From Candidatus Falkowbacteria bacterium HGW-Falkowbacteria-1 (GTDB lineage: Bacteria > Patescibacteriota > Patescibacteriia > Patescibacteriales > UBA12465), in the NCBI GenBank assembly GCA_002840305.1, contig PHAI01000002.1, positions 10,707 to 74,706 on the forward strand: DNA of 64,000 nucleotides, read 5' to 3'. Both the position numbers and the translations under genes were made by a program. How positions within the stretch are numbered: position 1 is the stretch's first letter; every line of letters starts with the position of its first letter. The notes under the pieces were generated by a model. The model was not told where the DNA came from. It did no database searches and saw only the letters and a list, made by a program, of their open reading frames with translations. Below, one piece after another: positions 47,913-58,145 of the stretch.

Positions 47913-48389
47913 ATGACAAAGGAAAGATTTATTATTCTTAATCAGCGAGTTTTTGCTGATTTGATGGGCATTGCAAGCATAATCGACAAGTCTTCTCATA
48001 GTGAGAAAATTTTTCAAGAATGCAGAATAAGACAAAATGGTACCTGGGAAGAAGGATTCTCGGCAACTGTGTTTTCAAACAACAAAAGATTGCTTGATGG
48101 CAATATCCCGACTACACCCGAGGATCTTTTGGATGATCTTGTTACCGGATCATTTTCCGACTTTTTTCCGACTGAAAAAATTTTTGTAAACAAGGATTTA
48201 TTTAGATCCATAAGCCAGTTATTGGAAATAGACAAGTTTGGCGGTTTTATTATTGAGGCTGCCGAGATGGATCACAAAATTCAGGCCAAGGGGAGAGAGG
48301 GAAAAATAATGAAAATTAAATTTAATATGTTAAGGATTTTTGAAACCCTCCCTAGCATTAAAGTTCGCGAGCTTGAAGCAGTGAAGTAA
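47913..48389 (+). CDS. Hypothetical protein (ATG 47913 preferred)
   Basis: TTGACA-17-TACTAT at 47825; terminator at 48409. Confidence 0.7.
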   Translation: MTKERFIILNQRVFADLMGIASIIDKSSHSEKIFQECRIRQNGTWEEGFSATVFSNNKRLLDGNIPTTPEDLLDDLVTGSFSDFFPTEKIFVNKDLFRSISQLLEIDKFGGFIIEAAEMDHKIQAKGREGKIMKIKFNMLRIFETLPSIKVRELEAVK

Positions 48390-48408
48390 CACAAAATTAC
48401 AACATTAT

Positions 48409-48432
48409 AAAACCAGAGAAATCTGGTTTTTT
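48409..48432. terminator. Bidirectional terminator
   Basis: AAAACCAGA-gaaa-TCTGGTTTT. Confidence 0.75.
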
Positions 48433-48438
48433 TCTTTT

Positions 48439-50652
48439 TTAGAATTTTTTTCTTCTCATTATTAATGAGTTACTTACAACACTAACCGAAGAAAAGGCCA
48501 TGGCCAAGGCTGCTATTTCTGGACTTAGTAATTTCCCACTTATAGGGAAGAGGATGCCAGCGGCTATTGGTATGCCAATTATGTTATAAAAAAAGGCCCA
48601 AAATAAATTTTGTTTTATTTTTTTAAAGGTGTATTTAGAGATGTTTATGGCCTTTATAATGTCGGCTAATTTACTTTTTATTAATACTATGTCTCCCGTT
48701 TCTATGGCTATGTCAGTCCCGGATCCGATAGCTATTCCTAAATTAGATTTAGCTATAGCCGGCGCGTCGTTTATTCCATCCCCAATCATAGCGACTATAT
48801 GTCCTTCGTCTTGCATTTTTTCTATTTCCCTTGCTTTGTCAGACGGCATAATTTCAGCTAAAACCTTTTTTATGCCTAATTTAGCGGCAATGGCTTTTGC
48901 TACACGAATGTTGTCTCCGCTAAGCATGACAGTATTTTTCCCCATTTTGTGTATAGCAGTTATCATTTGTATCGAATCATTTTTTAAAGTGTCGGCTATA
49001 GCAAATAATGCTAATATTTCTTTTTCCATAGCCAAAATTATGACAGTTTTTCCTTCTTTTTCCATCTTTTCCATCTTTGATTCAATGGTTAAACAGTTTA
49101 TATTTTTTTCTGTCATCAGCCTTTTAGTTCCTAGTAAGATTTCTTTTTCTCGCCAAATTCCTCTTATACCTTGTCCTGGTAGCGTTTGGAAATCAGAAGT
49201 TTCCTCTATTTCTATCTTTGCCAATTTGGCCTTGTTTAGAATTGCCTGAGCCAAGGGATGTTCCGATTTTTTTTCTATTGAAGCAGCTATTTTTAATACC
49301 TCAGTCTCTTCTATACCTTTTTTTATTTTTATAATATCTGTTAGCACGGGGGTCCCGTTTGTCAGTGTTCCTGTTTTATCAAAAACAAAAGTGTCTATAT
49401 TTTTAGCTGTTTCTAGTGCTCGACTATTTTTTATCAAGATGCCATTTTCGGCTGCTATTCCAGTGCCTACCATTATAGCGGTTGGTGTAGCTAGTCCCAG
49501 GGCGCAAGGACAGGCGATAATTAAGACGGCGACAAAGCTTGTTAAGGCGAAAGAAAAACTTTGTCCGAGTATTAGCCAAGTTGAAAATGATATAATGGCT
49601 ATAAATATAACAGTTGGAACAAAATAAAAAGACACTTTATCGGCCAAAAGTTGGATTGGAGCTTTTGAGCCCATAGCTTCTTCCACTATTTTGATAATTT
49701 GGGCCAGCATAGTTTCTTTTCCTATTTTTTCTGCTTTAATTTTTAAAAATCCACTTTTATTTAAAGTTGAGCCGATAACTCGATCATTTTTATTCTTTTC
49801 AACGGGAATACTTTCACCGCTTATCATTTTTTCGTCAACAGCAGAATAGCCATCAATAACTATGCCGTCAACTGGAATTTTTTCGCCAGGCTTAATTATA
49901 ATTATATCCCCTATAATCACCCTGGAAATCTCTATCGTTTCTTCTTTGTTTCCTCTTATTACAGTGGCGGTTTTAGCTTGAAGACCAATCAGTTTTTTTA
50001 TAACTTCACTAGTTCGTCCTTTGCTTAAATTTTCTAAATATTTTCCGAGAGTAATAAAAATTAGAATAAGGGCCGCACTTTCAAAATACAGGTGTAGTCC
50101 GTTGATTCCTAAAAATATCTCTTTAAAAAGATTGATTAAACTATAAAAATAAGCGGAAAATGTTCCAATAAAGACTAGAGAGTCCATATTTGGAGTCATT
50201 TTGAGTATATTTTTAAAACCATTTTTCCAAATTTTAACAACCATAAAAACGACAACGCTAGCTAATCCAAATTGGATTAAATGATTATTATCGCCAGATA
50301 GTATTTTTGGTATAGGCCAAGAAAACATTTCTCCCATGGCTAAATAGAATATAATAATTCCTAAAGAGGAAATTCCAAAGAGAATTGTTTTGTCGCTTTT
50401 AATTTTTGTTTTTTTTGACTTTTTTTTGTTTAGATTTTTATCTTTTTCGACTTCATATCCGAGAGATTCTATTATTTTTTCTATCTTTTCGATTTTTATT
50501 TGTTCATCGTCAAATTCTAAATTAGCCTTTTCGGAGGCAAAATTAATATTAACGCTCATTATTCCTTTTTCTTTCTTCAATTTGTTTTCAATATTAGCCG
50601 AGCAAGATGCGCAGGACATTTTTGATATTTTTACAATTTCTCTTGTTATCAT
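48439..50652 (-). CDS. copA: Cu(I)-translocating P1B-type ATPase
   Basis: MSCASC HMA, CPC, DKTGT, SEHPL, GDGINDAP, YN and MAFSS. Confidence 0.93.
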   Translation of the reverse strand: MITREIVKISKMSCASCSANIENKLKKEKGIMSVNINFASEKANLEFDDEQIKIEKIEKIIESLGYEVEKDKNLNKKKSKKTKIKSDKTILFGISSLGIIIFYLAMGEMFSWPIPKILSGDNNHLIQFGLASVVVFMVVKIWKNGFKNILKMTPNMDSLVFIGTFSAYFYSLINLFKEIFLGINGLHLYFESAALILIFITLGKYLENLSKGRTSEVIKKLIGLQAKTATVIRGNKEETIEISRVIIGDIIIIKPGEKIPVDGIVIDGYSAVDEKMISGESIPVEKNKNDRVIGSTLNKSGFLKIKAEKIGKETMLAQIIKIVEEAMGSKAPIQLLADKVSFYFVPTVIFIAIISFSTWLILGQSFSFALTSFVAVLIIACPCALGLATPTAIMVGTGIAAENGILIKNSRALETAKNIDTFVFDKTGTLTNGTPVLTDIIKIKKGIEETEVLKIAASIEKKSEHPLAQAILNKAKLAKIEIEETSDFQTLPGQGIRGIWREKEILLGTKRLMTEKNINCLTIESKMEKMEKEGKTVIILAMEKEILALFAIADTLKNDSIQMITAIHKMGKNTVMLSGDNIRVAKAIAAKLGIKKVLAEIMPSDKAREIEKMQDEGHIVAMIGDGINDAPAIAKSNLGIAIGSGTDIAIETGDIVLIKSKLADIIKAINISKYTFKKIKQNLFWAFFYNIIGIPIAAGILFPISGKLLSPEIAALAMAFSSVSVVSNSLIMRRKKF

Positions 50653-50689
50653 TTTTAGTTTGTTTAATTTTTAATGTTTTTTTATATTT

Positions 50690-52063
50690 TTATTCAACAA
50701 CTTCTATAACGCCGGAGACCATACCCATCCAGCAAGAAAATTTGTATTTGCCTGTTTTTTGAGGAATAAATTCTTTTGTACTTGTTCCGCCTATTTTTAG
50801 ACGAAATTCTCCCTCAAATAAGTCTTTGGCTATAATAGCGTTAGTGCAACCGCTTACTCCTATATCTTTAACCTCCCAAACAACAGGGACCCCGACTTTA
50901 ATTTTAAAGTAACTAGGAGAATATTTTGAACTACTGGCTTCCATTTTTATGATTTGTTCATTGTTGACTATTTTTGTTGTTTCATCTTTTTGTGGATACT
51001 CTATTTTTTTGTTTGATCGAATATTCAAATTGCTTAAACTATTCTTTCCCATTGCGTTTAATCCAGCATTAATGTTATAAACAGCTAAAAACAAAATTAA
51101 AATACCGGCAATTTTTGAAAATTTATTTGCCGTGTCTTTGTTGTCTGTTAATTTTGAGGCTGAGATACCTATAAGTAGTAACGACGGCATTGTTCCTAGA
51201 GCAAAAAACAACATTATCAATGATCCTAAAATAGCGCTTCCGGATATCAGGGCCATGCTTTGAGCTGTTATTGTAAAACCGCAAGGCAGAAAAAAAGTTA
51301 AAGCACCTATTAGAAAGGGGGAGTATTTACCGTTTAAATTTTTTTTGTTACTAATATTTTTGCTAATGAATTTGGGCCAAGATATTTTTATTTTATTAAA
51401 ATAATTAAAACCTAGCATTTGCATTGCTAAAATTATCATAATTAATGATACTGCAAACATTAAAAACGATGTTCCGATTGTAGAAAATTGTAGTCTTTCG
51501 CCAACGAATCCAATTACTGCTCCAAAAAAAGCATAAGAGAGTAATCTTCCGAAATTAAATATTATATGAGGTGTCATTTTGGCGAAAGCTCTTCCTTCGT
51601 CTTGGTAGATTTCAAGCCATTTTTTTGATATAGAGAGAATTAAACCGCCCACTAGAGCGGCGCAGCTAGAGACTCCGGCAAGCAACCCCAGAATTAAAAA
51701 AGAGATAAGAGATGATTTTGGCGTCACGCTCATTGAGCTTAAAGCTCCATTGTTTCTAACTATCAGGAATGTAATTATGAATAAACCTAATATTATGATG
51801 GGAAAAATAGGATTATTTTTTTTAGAATTTTTTTCTTCTGAAAATGAGTAGCCATCTTTCATAAAAATATTATTCAAATCTTCTTTATTGGGCATTTTTC
51901 CATCGTAAGTAATTGTTATTTTCTTTTCCGATGAGTTTAATTTGCTTGATTTTACTCCATTGATTTCTGCTGTCTTATTTTCAATTAAGATTTCGCAAGA
52001 AGGGCAGTGTATACCACTAACGTAGTATGTACATTTTTTTTCTTTTTGGTCGTCATTGTTCAT
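50690..52063 (-). CDS. HMA + DsbD_2-like TM + cupredoxin fusion protein
   Basis: HCPSC, SSCAALVGG, FLPCG, FSCWMGM. Confidence 0.85.
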   Translation of the reverse strand: MNNDDQKEKKCTYYVSGIHCPSCEILIENKTAEINGVKSSKLNSSEKKITITYDGKMPNKEDLNNIFMKDGYSFSEEKNSKKNNPIFPIIILGLFIITFLIVRNNGALSSMSVTPKSSLISFLILGLLAGVSSCAALVGGLILSISKKWLEIYQDEGRAFAKMTPHIIFNFGRLLSYAFFGAVIGFVGERLQFSTIGTSFLMFAVSLIMIILAMQMLGFNYFNKIKISWPKFISKNISNKKNLNGKYSPFLIGALTFFLPCGFTITAQSMALISGSAILGSLIMLFFALGTMPSLLLIGISASKLTDNKDTANKFSKIAGILILFLAVYNINAGLNAMGKNSLSNLNIRSNKKIEYPQKDETTKIVNNEQIIKMEASSSKYSPSYFKIKVGVPVVWEVKDIGVSGCTNAIIAKDLFEGEFRLKIGGTSTKEFIPQKTGKYKFSCWMGMVSGVIEVVE

Positions 52064-52072
52064 ATATAAAAT

Positions 52073-52345
52073 TTATTTATTAGAAAGTTTTGACACTTTT
52101 AGAACTTCGTCGATAGCGACGTCTTGCTGTTTGTTACTTTTACTGTTCATTTTGTTTTTAAAACAAGTTTTAAGATGGTTTTCTAAAAGAGCCTGATGGG
52201 CAGATTTTAATAATCCTATGGCCGCTAAATTTTGTTGCATAATGTTGATGCAGTATTGGTTTTCTTCTGTCATTTTAATTATTTTTTGAACGGTTCCTAG
52301 GGCCTTCCTAAAATTAATTAAAGTTTTTTGTTTTTCCATTGTCAT
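52073..52345 (-). CDS. csoR: CsoR family metal-sensing repressor
   Basis: YC...Q..A...LLENHLKTC (Cys...His-x3-Cys). Confidence 0.88.
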   Translation of the reverse strand: MTMEKQKTLINFRKALGTVQKIIKMTEENQYCINIMQQNLAAIGLLKSAHQALLENHLKTCFKNKMNSKSNKQQDVAIDEVLKVSKLSNK

Positions 52346-52379
52346 AATTTTTGATTTAAAAATTAAAGTTAAATTTTTA

Positions 52380-52410
52380 TAACCTATACCATAGGTGTAG
52401 GTTATGTCAA
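52380..52410 (-). promoter_or_regulatory. cop operon promoter with overlapping putative CsoR operator
   Basis: TTGACA-16-(TGn)TATAGG on minus strand; inverted repeat TAACCTATACC-ata-GGTGTAGGTTA. Confidence 0.75.
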
Positions 52411-52527
52411 TTGTAATTTACTTTTAATTTATTGTCAATATTTGTTATTTCTTGTTTACAATTTGCTTTATTGTTGTTAAAATGAATTCAGTTTCTCGGT
52501 ATAATTTATATTTAATTATTTTTTAAG

Positions 52528-53562
52528 ATGGTAAATAAAAAACTAAAAATAGCTATAGTTTCAAAGCTTTGGGAAGAGACGTTTCCTGGCTCTCGTGGGG
52601 GAACCGGGTCGTCCATTGGTTATTTAGTTAATGGTTTGGTTAATAAAGGTCATCAAGTCACTCTTTTCGCCACCGGTAATTCAAAAACTAAGGCCCAGGA
52701 GCTAGTTTCGGTTAGGCCTAGGCATTATTTAGATGATTATTCTGAGATTCATGAGTATGAAAACATAGCAGGGGCCTTCAGAAGGGCAAAAGATTTTGAT
52801 ATTATTCATTGCGCCGTTGAACATAAAAGTGTTTTTTTTGGAGACTTGGTCAAAACCCCCTCTATTCACTCTATACGATATGGAGAATTTTTTGATCAAG
52901 AAGTAAAATTGCTTAAAAAATATAAGAATTTAAACTATGTTGGAATATCGAAGTCGTTAAAGAAGTTTTTGCCTTTTTTAAATTGGAAAGATTTTATTTA
53001 TAATGGAGTTGATTATAGAGACTTTAAACAAGAAGAAAAAAGGGGTGATTATTTACTTTTTTTAGCCAGGGTTACGCCTCAGAAGGGAGTAGATACAGCT
53101 ATAAAAGTTGCCAAAAAACTTAATATGAAGTTAATAATAGCCGGAAAAACATCTGATGTTGATAAAGATTTTTTGAATAAAAAGGTTTATCCCTTTATTG
53201 ATGGAAAACAAATAATGTACGTTGGTGAGGTGTTAGGAGAAAAAAAGAAAAAACTTTTAAGTCAAGCTCTTTGTTTAATACAACCCAATAGAGTTATAGA
53301 GGCTTTTGGTAATAGTTTTTTAGAGTCAATGGCGTCGGCCGTCCCAGTAGTTGCTTTTGACAGGGGTGCTATGTCAGAGCTGATAAAAAACGGTAAAACC
53401 GGATACGTTGTCAATAATTTTAATGAAATGCTTAAAGCTGTCAAAAATATTCATAATTTGAGTAAGAAAGATTGCGTAGAAAGGGTTAAAAAATCATTTT
53501 CTTTAGACAAAATGATAGAGTCTTATGAGGCTTTGTATTACAGAATAATTGACGGAAAATAG
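52528..53562 (+). CDS. Glycosyltransferase family 4
   Basis: GHQVTLFA, IYNGVD, KG, EAFGNSFLESMA. Confidence 0.92.
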   Translation: MVNKKLKIAIVSKLWEETFPGSRGGTGSSIGYLVNGLVNKGHQVTLFATGNSKTKAQELVSVRPRHYLDDYSEIHEYENIAGAFRRAKDFDIIHCAVEHKSVFFGDLVKTPSIHSIRYGEFFDQEVKLLKKYKNLNYVGISKSLKKFLPFLNWKDFIYNGVDYRDFKQEEKRGDYLLFLARVTPQKGVDTAIKVAKKLNMKLIIAGKTSDVDKDFLNKKVYPFIDGKQIMYVGEVLGEKKKKLLSQALCLIQPNRVIEAFGNSFLESMASAVPVVAFDRGAMSELIKNGKTGYVVNNFNEMLKAVKNIHNLSKKDCVERVKKSFSLDKMIESYEALYYRIIDGK

Positions 53563-53702
53563 AGTTTTTGAAGAAAGTTTTTTACTTTAGATATTTGATA
53601 TCATTTTTTATTTATTGAAAGTATAGTTTTTTTATGTTAAAATATCTTAAGACAAACATATTTAATATATTTTACAATTAATTATAATTTAAAATTAAAA
53701 CT

Positions 53703-54416
53703 ATGAAAATTTCCAAGTTTTATTTTTTTGTTCTTTTTTTGTTCTTAATTTTTTCTTTCTCAGCTTGTGGTAAAAAAGATTTATCTGATCAAAACCAAAA
53801 TGGTAAAAATGAAGAAAAGCAATTAGGGGCTAATGTTTCTAATGAAGAGTCTTATTTTTCAAAATCAGTTGAGGATCTTTTTGCCGAAGGAAAACCTTTG
53901 CAGTGTTCAGCCACAGTTGAGAGCGGTGAAGGCTCTGTCGTTATGAATTATTATTTTGATAACAATGGTAAAAAATTGAGAGTCGAATCACAGACATTAA
54001 ACAAGGCAAGCAACTTAAATATTAATTCAGTTAGTATTTTGGATGATAATTGGTACTATTTTTGGGATGATTTGACTAACAAGGATGGTATGAAAATGAA
54101 AGTTGAAGAAAATCAAGAGAATGTAAAAGATAAAAATATAGATGAAAATAATAATTTTGACATGAAAGAAGAATTTGATTTCAAATGTAAATCATGGAAA
54201 GTGGATAGTTCAATGTTTGATTTGCCTAAGGATAAAACTTTTAAAGATTTAACAAGCTTAATGAATGGTTTTGGCACAAATGCCCCAACAATTAACAATG
54301 AACAAAGTGGCACGGCTCCAAGTTTTGGTAATGGAAATTCCGTGGATGCCTGTTCTTATTGCAACATGTTGCCAGCCGGTAGCGATAGGGATGAGTGTCT
54401 AGATGCTTGTTCTTAA
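53703..54416 (+). CDS. Putative lipoprotein
   Basis: Signal peptide with FSAC lipobox; Cys-rich C-terminus. Confidence 0.75.
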   Translation: MKISKFYFFVLFLFLIFSFSACGKKDLSDQNQNGKNEEKQLGANVSNEESYFSKSVEDLFAEGKPLQCSATVESGEGSVVMNYYFDNNGKKLRVESQTLNKASNLNINSVSILDDNWYYFWDDLTNKDGMKMKVEENQENVKDKNIDENNNFDMKEEFDFKCKSWKVDSSMFDLPKDKTFKDLTSLMNGFGTNAPTINNEQSGTAPSFGNGNSVDACSYCNMLPAGSDRDECLDACS

Positions 54417-54451
54417 TGCTTTTTAGAATTTATTATATAAAGATATAAAAC

Positions 54452-54480
54452 AGAGAGGTCTTTTAGGCCTCTCTTCTTTT
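54452..54480. terminator. Terminator between convergent genes
   Basis: AGAGAGGTC...GGCCTCTCT. Confidence 0.65.
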
Positions 54481-54491
54481 ATTTTTTGTTT

Positions 54492-54827
54492 TTATTTTTT
54501 TACATTAATATTCATGCACTGGCAACATTTTGTTGCGCCCGGAAAACTTTTTAACCTTGCCATTTCTATTTCGCGACCACAAATTAAACAAATGCCATAA
54601 CGATCGAGTTTTATCATTTCCAGGGCCGTTTTTAGTATTGGTACAACATTTTTTTGTTTCTCCCTTATGTAAACCATGTAAGGAGATTCGCCGTCTTCGG
54701 GGTTTGTTTTTTCCCCTTCTAGCGCTTCTTTGATTTTTTCTGGGTCGTTGTATTCTTTTAGTAATCCCAAAATTTTTTCTTTTTGCTCCTCGATGAAGCT
54801 TTGGGTCAGGGTGGGTGTGTTGTCCAT
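54492..54827 (-). CDS. TraR/DksA C4-type zinc finger protein
   Basis: YGICLICGREI...RL...P.ATKCCQC. Confidence 0.85.
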   Translation of the reverse strand: MDNTPTLTQSFIEEQKEKILGLLKEYNDPEKIKEALEGEKTNPEDGESPYMVYIREKQKNVVPILKTALEMIKLDRYGICLICGREIEMARLKSFPGATKCCQCMNINVKK

Positions 54828-55020
54828 AAATCTCTCTCTTTTAGGTTAAAAGTTTAACATTATAATATTAATGCACTATGGTTTTATGCTAGCATAATTA
54901 TTGATAAAAGTAAAGGGCTTTTGAATTTGTGGTTTTTATTTTTTAAAATATGTGCTAATATTACAATATAAAGCTTTTTTGCGATGGCTTTTTAAGGAAT
55001 AAAAATTAATAAAATTACTT

Positions 55021-55797
55021 ATGAATAAAAAGAAAACAAAGGAAAGCGTTCAGCCTCATATTTTGTGCAAGAAGGGTGACGTGGCAGAGAGCGTTATTTT
55101 GCCAGGTGATCCAGGCAGAGTTCTCAGAATAGCCAAACTTTTAGATAGCGGGAAGGAGGTGTCCTTTAATAGGGAGTTCCGTGTTTTTACGGGGAAATAT
55201 AAGGGGTTACCTATTACTATTTGTTCCACTGGAATTGGTGGACCTTCAACAGCTATCGCTATGGAGGAATTGATCTCTTTGGGGGCTAAAAATTTTATTA
55301 GAGTTGGTTCTTGCGGAGCCAATCAAGACAAAATTAAGATTGGAGATTTAATAATTTCCGATAGCGTGGTTAGGGAAGATCATACTTGTTTGGATTATGT
55401 ACCTCTTCAATATCCGGCCATTGCTGATCCTGATATCTTCCAAATCATGAAAAAGGTTAGTGAAAATTTAAAATTTAAATATTATGCTGGGTCAACTGTT
55501 ACTGTCGATGCTTTATATTCTTTTAAAACAAAAGAAATAAAAAGTTTTTGGCAAAAATTTCATACCTTAGCTCAAGACATGGAAACTGGCACTGTTTTAA
55601 CCTTGGCTAGAGTAAAAAATGTTAGAGCGGGGGCAGTGTTATTAGTTGTTGATCAAGAAGCTGAAAAGAATATCAGAGAAAAGATTGCCAAATATTCAGT
55701 TGAAGCTCAATCCGGAAAAGGTGAGCTGGTTAAAATGGAGAACAAGGCCTCTTTGGTCGCCCTAGAGTCCTTCTTATTATTATCTAAAAATAATTAA
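55021..55797 (+). CDS. Nucleoside phosphorylase (uridine phosphorylase/DeoD-like)
   Basis: PGDPGR, NREF, GIGGPS, RVGSCG, DMET. Confidence 0.9.
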   Translation: MNKKKTKESVQPHILCKKGDVAESVILPGDPGRVLRIAKLLDSGKEVSFNREFRVFTGKYKGLPITICSTGIGGPSTAIAMEELISLGAKNFIRVGSCGANQDKIKIGDLIISDSVVREDHTCLDYVPLQYPAIADPDIFQIMKKVSENLKFKYYAGSTVTVDALYSFKTKEIKSFWQKFHTLAQDMETGTVLTLARVKNVRAGAVLLVVDQEAEKNIREKIAKYSVEAQSGKGELVKMENKASLVALESFLLLSKNN

Positions 55798-55798
55798 T

Positions 55799-56413
55799 AT
55801 GGGAGAAAAATATACAGGAACAAAATTTAAAACTGTTTTTAAAGGAAAATTTATTCCAAATGCAAAAGAAAGTGAAATTATCAAAACTTTAATCAAGATT
55901 GGCAAGGAATTAGGTAGGATGGGATTTAAAGATAATAATGGCGGAAATTTTAGCGTTAGGACTAAAAATGGAATAATTATAAAGACCACCGGATCGTTTC
56001 CACACCAGCTCAAGAAAAGCGATTTTGCTTTGGTTGCTGGTTTTAAAAAAGATGAGGTTTATGTCTATGGTGAGAAGGAACCTAGTTCCGAGGCTAGGCT
56101 TCATTGGGGAATATATCAGGCTAGGCCAGAAATAAATTGTGCTTTGCATACCCATGATTTTACAGCCATACACTGTTTGACCAAAGTAAATGGTTGTATT
56201 TATATTAGAGAAATCTCTTATGGGACAATGGAATCTGCTAGAGCGGTTAAAAATGCCGCCAAGAAAGGTGATTATTTAATAATGAAAAATCATGGGGTTA
56301 TTGCTTTGGGTAAAAACATGATTTCTGCTTTAAAATTAATTAAAAAATACCATGAAAAATTTGAAACAATTGCGACAACTCCTTCCTCTGACTGTCGAAC
56401 TAAAAAAGGATAG
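55799..56413 (+). CDS. Class II aldolase/adducin family protein
   Basis: GNFSVR, PSSE..LH, HTH, NHG. Confidence 0.88.
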   Translation: MGEKYTGTKFKTVFKGKFIPNAKESEIIKTLIKIGKELGRMGFKDNNGGNFSVRTKNGIIIKTTGSFPHQLKKSDFALVAGFKKDEVYVYGEKEPSSEARLHWGIYQARPEINCALHTHDFTAIHCLTKVNGCIYIREISYGTMESARAVKNAAKKGDYLIMKNHGVIALGKNMISALKLIKKYHEKFETIATTPSSDCRTKKG

Positions 56414-57455
56414 AGTAATAATAATTGATCAAGTATATCTTCCTGATAGATTGAAGTTTATTCAACTAAAAAAATATTCTCAAGCTATTTCAGCTATTAA
56501 AGAGTTTAATGTTCGTGGTGCTCAAGCCATTGGAGCTGTTGGTGGTGCTGGTATTTTTTTAGCATCGCTTGTTTATAAGGGGGACAATTCTTTTAATTTT
56601 TTAATTTATTTAAAAAAAATAGCCAAAGAAATAATAAAAGCCAGACCAACCGCTAATAATTTAGCTTGGGCGGTTAATCGTGTTTTGGGTGAAATAAAGT
56701 CGAACAACGTTTTTGATATAAAAAAAGATATTTATAATAGCTACAAAAAATTATTAGAAGAAGAAACTAATAATAATTTAAAAATTGGTGCCTATGGTGA
56801 GAAATTAATAAAGAATAACTATCGCATTTTAACACATTGTAACGCTGGTTCACTTTCTGCTATTTGGTATGGAACTGCTACCGCACCAATTTATAGCGCT
56901 TTAATTAAGGGGAAAAAACTATCTGTCTTAATTGACGAAACGAGACCATGGCTCCAGGGAGCCAGACTTACTGCCTGGGAAATGAGTAAATCTGGGATAG
57001 ATTATACCGTAAATATTGATAGTGCTAGTGGTTTTTTAATGGAAAACAAAATGGTTGATATGGTAATAGTTGGCGCCGACAGAATTGCCTTAAATGGTGA
57101 TACGGCTAACAAGATCGGGACATTTCCTTTAGCTTTAATGGCTAAGAGATATAACATCCCTTTTTATGTAGCAGCCGTTAAAGCCACGATTGATTTTGAA
57201 ACTAAAGCTGGAAAGGATATAAGAATAGAGCAAAGATCTGGCGATGAAGTTTTAAAACATACATCATATTGGGAAAATAGAAATTTAATAAAAAAACAAA
57301 GTAAAAAATTTGATTCTTTATTAAATATAGCGCCCAAAGGTGCCAAGGCTTTTAATCCTGTTTTTGATGTTACTCCAGCTGACTTAATTACCGGAATTAT
57401 AACTGAGGATGGCATTTTAAAGCCATCCGTTTTATCTTCTAAGCTTAAGCGGTAA
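56352..57455 (+). CDS. mtnA: Methylthioribose-1-phosphate isomerase
   Basis: VRGAQAIG, RPTA, THCNAG, ETRPWLQGARLT, GADRI, NKIGT, FDVTP. Confidence 0.92.
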   Translation: MKNLKQLRQLLPLTVELKKDRVIIIDQVYLPDRLKFIQLKKYSQAISAIKEFNVRGAQAIGAVGGAGIFLASLVYKGDNSFNFLIYLKKIAKEIIKARPTANNLAWAVNRVLGEIKSNNVFDIKKDIYNSYKKLLEEETNNNLKIGAYGEKLIKNNYRILTHCNAGSLSAIWYGTATAPIYSALIKGKKLSVLIDETRPWLQGARLTAWEMSKSGIDYTVNIDSASGFLMENKMVDMVIVGADRIALNGDTANKIGTFPLALMAKRYNIPFYVAAVKATIDFETKAGKDIRIEQRSGDEVLKHTSYWENRNLIKKQSKKFDSLLNIAPKGAKAFNPVFDVTPADLITGIITEDGILKPSVLSSKLKR

Positions 57456-57545
57456 TGTAAAAGTTATTTTTTTCTATTGACATTTTTTTCTATTTAGTGT
57501 TAAATGTAAAGTTAGCAAACAGTTGTTTAACAAAAAAAATACAAA

Positions 57546-58139
57546 ATGAAAAAAGACGAAATTGCGGAAATAGATAGACTCCTTTTTTTGTCCAGGGATC
57601 TTCTATTGAGAGAAATAATGTCTATTTCTCAGTTTAAAAAATTTCTTGATGGCAGAATTGAAGAGGAAAAAAAGAATGAGACAATAGAAGAAGAAAAAAA
57701 TAATAAAAGAGTTTGTGTCAACTTTTCTGATATTATTGTAAAAATTGATTCCTTGGAATCTTTAATTACCGAGCTAAAGATTAGCATTAAGGATCAAAGA
57801 ATTAATTTTACTTTTTTTCCGCCTCATTATAATCGAGAAGTTTATTTGGAAACAAAACTTTTTTCTTTTGAAGATGAAAGTTTTAGCTCTGACATTATTT
57901 CGATTATGAACGATGAAGATTTTCGTCCCGCCTGCTTTCATGAATTAATATTTTGTAGAAAATTTTTTTCTAGAAAAAAACGCGAAACTACCCCGATTGT
58001 CTCCTTGCTTTTTCCTTATTCACCACCAAGTGGAGGTAAATTTTCACCTTTTTTAAATGATAGAGGTGAAATATATTTATCCAACTTTAATTCTTCTTGG
58101 GAGAAAAATTGGAGATTCTTAGGAGTCAAAATGAAGTAA
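57546..58139 (+). CDS. Hypothetical protein
   Basis: 197-aa ORF; TTGACA at 57477; terminator at 58146. Confidence 0.7.
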   Translation: MKKDEIAEIDRLLFLSRDLLLREIMSISQFKKFLDGRIEEEKKNETIEEEKNNKRVCVNFSDIIVKIDSLESLITELKISIKDQRINFTFFPPHYNREVYLETKLFSFEDESFSSDIISIMNDEDFRPACFHELIFCRKFFSRKKRETTPIVSLLFPYSPPSGGKFSPFLNDRGEIYLSNFNSSWEKNWRFLGVKMK

Positions 58140-58145
58140 TTTTTT

